Source: Octopus sinensis (Eukaryota). Taken from it: a stretch of 13,031 bases of DNA. This document shows positions 8,642 to 13,031 of the stretch, piece after piece; within the stretch, counting starts at the first letter, position 1; the number at the start of each line of letters is the position of its first letter. Both the position numbers and the translations under genes were made by a program. The stretch is from contig NW_021826314.1 of assembly GCF_006345805.1 (NCBI RefSeq), positions 1 through 13,031 of the forward strand, given 5' to 3'. The notes below the pieces were generated by a model that worked only from the letters and a program-made list of their open reading frames with translations, did no database searches and had not been told where the DNA came from.

Positions 8642-8789
8642 GGTATTTCGTCCTTCTTTACGATGTGAGTTTAAATTCATTCTTTCGGGGGTCAATAAAA
8701 ATAAGTGCCAGTTAAGCACCTGAGTCGATATAATCGATTACCCCCCCCCTATTACAGGCCTCGTGCGTTTAATAGAAGGAATTATTATT
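8642..8789 (+). mobile_element. SINE family A body, headless, 3' tail variant 1, directly tandem to the previous copy
   Basis: GGTATTTCGTC...GAGTTTAAATTC...TCTTTCGGGGGTCAATAAAAATAAGTGCCAG...GTCGATATAATCGA...CAGGCCTCGTGCG...AGAAGGAATTATTATT; the tail resembles 1189-1222. Confidence 0.75.
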
Positions 8790-8821
8790 CTTTAGTTTCT
8801 TTTGTGTTTCTTTTACAATAC

Positions 8822-9220
8822 AGGCGAAGGAATGGTCGAGCGGTTAAGAAACTAGGTTCCCAACCACATGTTTGTGGGTTCATCCCTCTCCGCAGCAACT
8901 CGGATACTTGCCTTTTACTGCTTACTATTGCCCCACGCTGACCAAAGCCTTGTGAGCGAACTTGGTGGACAGAAACTGAAAGAATCCCGTCGTTTGTGTG
9001 CGCGTTTATGTTTTTTTATTGGAGTACCGCCACCTCTGGTGAACAGGTGTTGGTCTGTTTACGTCCCCGTAACTTAACAACTTGGCAAAAGAGACTGACG
9101 GAATAAATATCCTACTAAAATAAAATTTGTAGGCGGGTTAAAGTGTTCGACTAAACCCTTGATGGAGGTGCTCCAGCATGGCCGCAGTCCAATGACCAAG
9201 AGGCTGAAACGAATAAAAGA
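8822..9220 (+). mobile_element. SINE family B, full length, diverged
   Basis: A box TGGTCGAGCGG (8833-8843), B-box-like GGGTTCATCC (8876-8885), ACCAAAGCCTTGTGAGCGAACTTGGTGGACAGAAACTGAAAGAA, and 3' GGTGCTCCAGCATGGCCGCAGTC...GAAACGAATAAAAGA. Colinear with the reverse complement of 4562-4955. Confidence 0.88.
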
Positions 9221-9354
9221 TAGCAGCAGACGACCCGATTTTTTCTAAAGTAGACAATAACAAAATCATTTTGGTCCAACCAAAAAGCTTCTATTTGGTC
9301 GAGTCGTTTAAATTATTCCTTATCTCACTCAAATTATTCCTTATTACTTTAAAG

Positions 9355-9420
9355 CAGAGGTTCTTAAACTTTTTGCCCCCCCCCACTCATGGCCACATAA
9401 AACCCTTACCGCCCCACCCC
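9355..9420 (+). mobile_element. Orphan terminus of a hAT (Charlie-like) DNA transposon
   Basis: Begins CAGAGGTTCTTAAACTTTTT, resembling the CAG(G/T)GGTTCTCAAACT ends of Charlie-type hATs, and is preceded by the palindromic 8-mer CTTTAAAG (9347-9354). No partner end was found. Confidence 0.45.
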
Positions 9421-9465
9421 TATTTTTATGTGTAAATACATATTGTATATTTTACTAATTTATAC

Positions 9466-9623
9466 AGTTCAAATTCCGCCGAGGTCGACTTTGCCTTTCA
9501 TCCTTTCAGGGTCGATTAAATAAGTACCAGTTACGCACTGGGGTCGATATAATCGACTTAATCCGTTTGTCTGTCCTTTTTTGTCTCCTCTGTGTTTAGC
9601 ACCTTGTGGGTAGTAAAGAAATA
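9466..9623 (+). mobile_element. SINE family A body starting at the B box, 3' tail variant 2
   Basis: AGTTCAAATTCCGCCGAGGTCGACTTTGCCTTTCATCCTTTCAGGGTCGATTAAATAAGTACCAGTTACGCACTGGGGTCGATATAATCGAC...GGGTAGTAAAGAAATA. Confidence 0.88.
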
Positions 9624-9639
9624 CATATATATATAAATA

Positions 9640-9856
<217 letters not shown>

Positions 9857-10326
9857 AAAAACAAGCAGAATAAAAGCGAAGAGACAGAGACACGAACTTT
9901 CACACAGTTACAACTTTGTCAGCATTGCAGTAATATGTTCAAAGATGATACTACAAATTCAGACAAGAAAAGGCTGCAGAGATAGACATAAATGACTTTA
10001 TATTTTGATATACACATTCACCAAAGACAGGAAAATTAATGTAAATATTTCTATCTATATTACTGTCAAGACAACATTATTTACAATGATGTCTTCTAAT
10101 TGATCAATCAGCTCCAATCTTTGACTGTCGTGATGGATATAATCATTTATCAGTATTAGTCTTAGTAAGTCAGGCTTCATCGCCGTGCTCGGTGACTCCC
10201 CTTAGATATAAACTGGAACGAAAGGAAGAATGGGCTGGCTAAATATCGGAATCATTAAGACGTGTGGTAAAGGATTCGGCCCCTGTTTTCGTTTTTCCGT
10301 TTAAAGTTCTGCTGAAGCCAAATATA

Positions 10327-10546
10327 CGAGCGGGGTGCTGAACTATTAATGGCTTTAAGGGTATCGCAAAATGCCATGGTTGGAGACCCAAACTTCCGAA
10401 TTCTTTTTACAGGGCTTAGAAAAACTAAAGGACCACTGCTGTAAATGCATGAATCTGAGAGGGGAATATGTAGGATCAAATCATAATTAACTGATCCTGT
10501 TTCATTTTCTTTTACCCAAGACCAGGAACTTTACCGCACCCTCTCG
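10327..10546 (+). mobile_element. Mariner-family non-autonomous deletion derivative (MITE-sized) with TA target-site duplication
   Basis: Left end TA|CGAGCGGGGTGCTGAACTATTAATGGCTTT; right end as reverse complement TA|CGAGAGGGTGCGGTAAAGTTCCTGGTCTT; TA at 10325-26 and 10547-48. Internal frame 10377-10490 reads WLETQTSEFFLQGLEKLKDHCCKCMNLRGEYVGSNHN*, matching the mariner transposase C-terminal pattern W..Q..EFF..G..KL..RW.KC...GEYVE. Confidence 0.85.
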
Positions 10547-10555
10547 TATACGTAC

Positions 10556-10644
10556 TTACATACATATATACATACATACACACATATATATATATACATA
10601 TATGTTCATAAATATACATGTATATTATATATATATATATATTA

Positions 10645-10706
<62 letters not shown>

Positions 10707-10717
10707 CATATATATAT
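10556..10717. repeat. (TACA)n/(TA)n microsatellite
   Basis: Starts at the right TSD of the mariner element. Confidence 0.95.
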
Positions 10718-10967
10718 GAAAATAATAATGCAATAGCCCATAAGGGTAAAAGTATACATATAAAAGTAGATAAATGGTACAACAAGGCACCAATATTTAC
10801 TGGAAAATAGCAATCGATATAAATACGACGCTATTGTATAGATTCACTGCGTATTTACAAGCAAAGACGTGTGTGCAACAAATATGAAAAAAAATTGTCT
10901 TACCTCTAGGAAGAACATTCGATAAATGGACAACCTAGAATCGGATAATATATATATATATGTATGT

Positions 10968-10975
10968 AGAGAGAG

Positions 10976-11015
<40 letters not shown>
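10968..11015. repeat. (GA)n microsatellite
   Basis: Direct inspection. Confidence 0.92.
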
Positions 11016-11018
<3 letters not shown>

Positions 11019-11125
11019 AAATACTGAGGAATTGTCAATCCAGGTAAAATACTTCATAAGCCCACTGTTGGCACACCAAGCTAACAATACTACTTAAATT
11101 ATTGAAGAGTAATTGGTAGAGTCCA

Positions 11126-11127
<2 letters not shown>

Positions 11128-11160
<33 letters not shown>
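11128..11160. repeat. (TA)n microsatellite
   Basis: Direct inspection. Confidence 0.92.
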
Positions 11161-11163
<3 letters not shown>

Positions 11164-11552
11164 GCACACATGGTGTAGGTATCTAGGACTACTTTATCTA
11201 ACATGATATCTCACTACATAAAGAAAATCTGGGATTTAAAGAAAATTTGGCTATTATCTCCTACAGGTCACGCGCCCTGTTTTCTGCTTTCTCGTTGGCT
11301 CTGTATTTTATCGTTTATGTCTATGAAATATTGCAGATTATAGCGAAGTCGTTGTTGTTTAAGTGTTGTTTAATCCTGATCAGGCATCTTTTGATGAAAG
11401 GTCTCAATAGTGACCATCATATAATCATTTTTCTACAGATTATTGTATATTTAGGACTATAGTCTTCTTTGTATCCTACGTTTTATCTGAGACTGTATAA
11501 TTTGAGTGGGATATGGCTGGTATTTCTGGCAATATAAGCTATATAGATACCA

Positions 11553-11680
11553 GTATAGCTGCGTGGTAGAGTTCCCTTCGTTCGTCACAGCGTTATTTCA
11601 GGTTCAACCCCATTGCGCGGCACTTTGAGAAAGTACCTTCCATTTCATCCGAAGGGCGACCAGAGGTTTTGAGCCCACTG
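11553..11680 (+). mobile_element. SINE family B, old degenerate 5' fragment
   Basis: GCTGCGTGGTA...CAGGTTCAACCCCATTGCGCGGCACTTTGAGAAAGTACCTTC...GACCAGAGGTTTTGAG aligns with CTGTGGTA...GGGTTCAGTCCCACTGCGTGGCATCTTGGACAAGTGTCTTC of the 4562-4955 copy. Confidence 0.6.
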
Positions 11681-11940
11681 GAAAGGATTTTTCTTATTTT
11701 TGGATAGTTAACGTATTATGTCACCTCGTTTAGCTCTATTACCATCGGCACCACCTCTACCGGCACTACAATCACAACTGCCCGAACTTTGGTTGCCTTT
11801 AGCGGAGTTCTTGCCGTTGGAAGCATTCAGAACATGTCTCCAGTCTAAAGATAGAAATCTAATTCCCACCTTCCAACACCATCAGTCATAGAAGTCTCTA
11901 GAAAGAACCACACCCACTGTTCGCCTTTCCCCAAATCAGC

Positions 11941-12257
11941 GAGAACGCCTGGTTAAATGGTTAATCTATAGCTTATGATCGTAAAGTCGGGAGCTCGATC
12001 TCCGATTCCAAGCGGCACTTTGAGTCTTTGCGGAATACACTCTATTTCACATTGTTCCAGTTCGCTCAGCTGGCAAATATGTGTTGTAACTGTATCTCAA
12101 AGGTCCAGCCTTACCTCATTCTGTGTCACGATGAATCTTCCTGAAAACTATGTTGAGTGTACGTGTGTCTATGGAGCGCTCAGCACGTCAGTTCCGTGAG
12201 CAGTTTCCGTTGATCGGATCAACGGGACGCCTCGTCATCGTAACCGATAGAGTGCCA
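11941..12257 (+). mobile_element. tRNA-derived SINE, family C (V-domain-like centre)
   Basis: A box TGGTTAAATGG, degenerate B box GAGCTCGATCTCC, centre TTCACATTGTTCCAGTTCGCTCAGCTGGCAAAT resembling the V-SINE domain, and 3' GTTGATCGGATCAAC...GTAACCGATAGAGTGCCA. Single copy in this window; the family assignment is from memory. Confidence 0.7.
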
Positions 12258-12780
12258 CTTCACGAAACCAGAAAACAAAATGTAGAGGGCCGTTGTATTT
12301 TTGGCACTTCCTCACATTCAAGTATAGAAAGAAGCGATTGTTGATATTCAACAGGTTGTATTGTAAACCAAAGTCTCTTTCTTAACTAAATCAATATTTA
12401 CAGCAGCATAAACCGAAGACAGTTAAAGAAAAGACAAATGGAAAAAAAACGAAAATGAAAATCGAGAAAAATGACAAGGAAAAAAACACACCACACAAAT
12501 AAAAACTTACAACATACAATGGATATTTTTTTACTTTTCACGCCAACAGTGATCATACACACCATGATACCACTCACACACACACAAACACACACGAAAA
12601 CACACACGAACATACACATATACGTACGCTTCTGCCCAAGCACACAGACTAACAAGAGACAAAGACACAACAACATCCACCTACACTAAACATAGCGACG
12701 AGTTGTTCGTTTAGTTCTTCAATCTTCCATAAAATCTGGCTTGAATAATCACAGTAATTATGTTGAAATAAACGTATTTC

Positions 12781-12935
12781 TCTCTTCCTTTGTTTCTTCC
12801 TCTCTTCCTTCCTTCCTTCCTTCTTCCTTTCATTCTTTGTTTATTTGTTTACTTGTTATATTCCCTGGTATGTTTGTCCATTGCTTGCTTTTGTTTGTTC
12901 GTTCGTTTATTTGTTTAAAGTTCTCTCTTTCTCCT
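12781..12935. repeat. Pyrimidine-rich low-complexity tract with degenerate (CTTC)n/(TTTG)n
   Basis: Direct inspection. Confidence 0.7.
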
Positions 12936-13031
12936 GCTGTCGTTTGTTATCGTCTACCAAAAGTAGCAAAAATGTGAAATAGCAGGACGTAATTAAAGAG
13001 TTTGTCACAGAATCAGCCTGCAGACAAATTG

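Noticed and set aside
10820-10865. Minus-strand GAAT-CTAT-ACA-ATAG-CG as a possible hammerhead stem III
   Set aside because: No CUGANGA core or stem I, and the cleavage-site residues are wrong.
11351-11419. TGATGA-AA-GGTC-TCAATAGT-GACC, hammerhead-like, next to the palindrome CCTGATCAGG
   Set aside because: Lacks GAAA and stems I and III; more likely a decayed fragment of another dispersed repeat.
11712-11895. Short open frames on both strands (plus strand MSPRLALLPSAPP…; minus strand WRHVLNASNGKNSAKG… after a tttctatctttag acceptor)
   Set aside because: Under 60 aa with no recognisable motif and no supporting splice partner.

Overview
This is repeat-saturated, AT-rich eukaryotic non-coding DNA, most likely an intron or intergenic region of a cephalopod (Octopus-like) genome. 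That attribution rests on my recollection of the SINE families and microsatellite load, not on a database search. I recognise no intact host gene, and nearly all ORFs in the supplied track are microsatellite or antisense artefacts. The only convincing protein-coding signal comes from dead transposons: a 5'-truncated R4/Dong-type (RT plus restriction-like endonuclease) LINE at ~1632-2907 (-), a second diverged fragment of the same type at ~7590-7813 (+), and a 220-bp mariner deletion derivative at 10327-10546 that keeps the transposase C-terminus. The rest is roughly ten copies or fragments of three tRNA-derived SINE families, an orphan hAT end, TA-embedded repeat islands and many microsatellites. 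The most notable unexplained structures are (i) a complete type-I hammerhead-ribozyme fold with a mutated catalytic core at 5639-5699 (-), typical of Penelope-like elements, and (ii) a ~296-bp near-palindrome at 5872-6167 at the end of the same island. Also notable are TAA-polarised LINE insertions, modular tandem SINE bodies, and a 70-bp direct repeat about 700 bp apart. All counts and alignments were done by eye.
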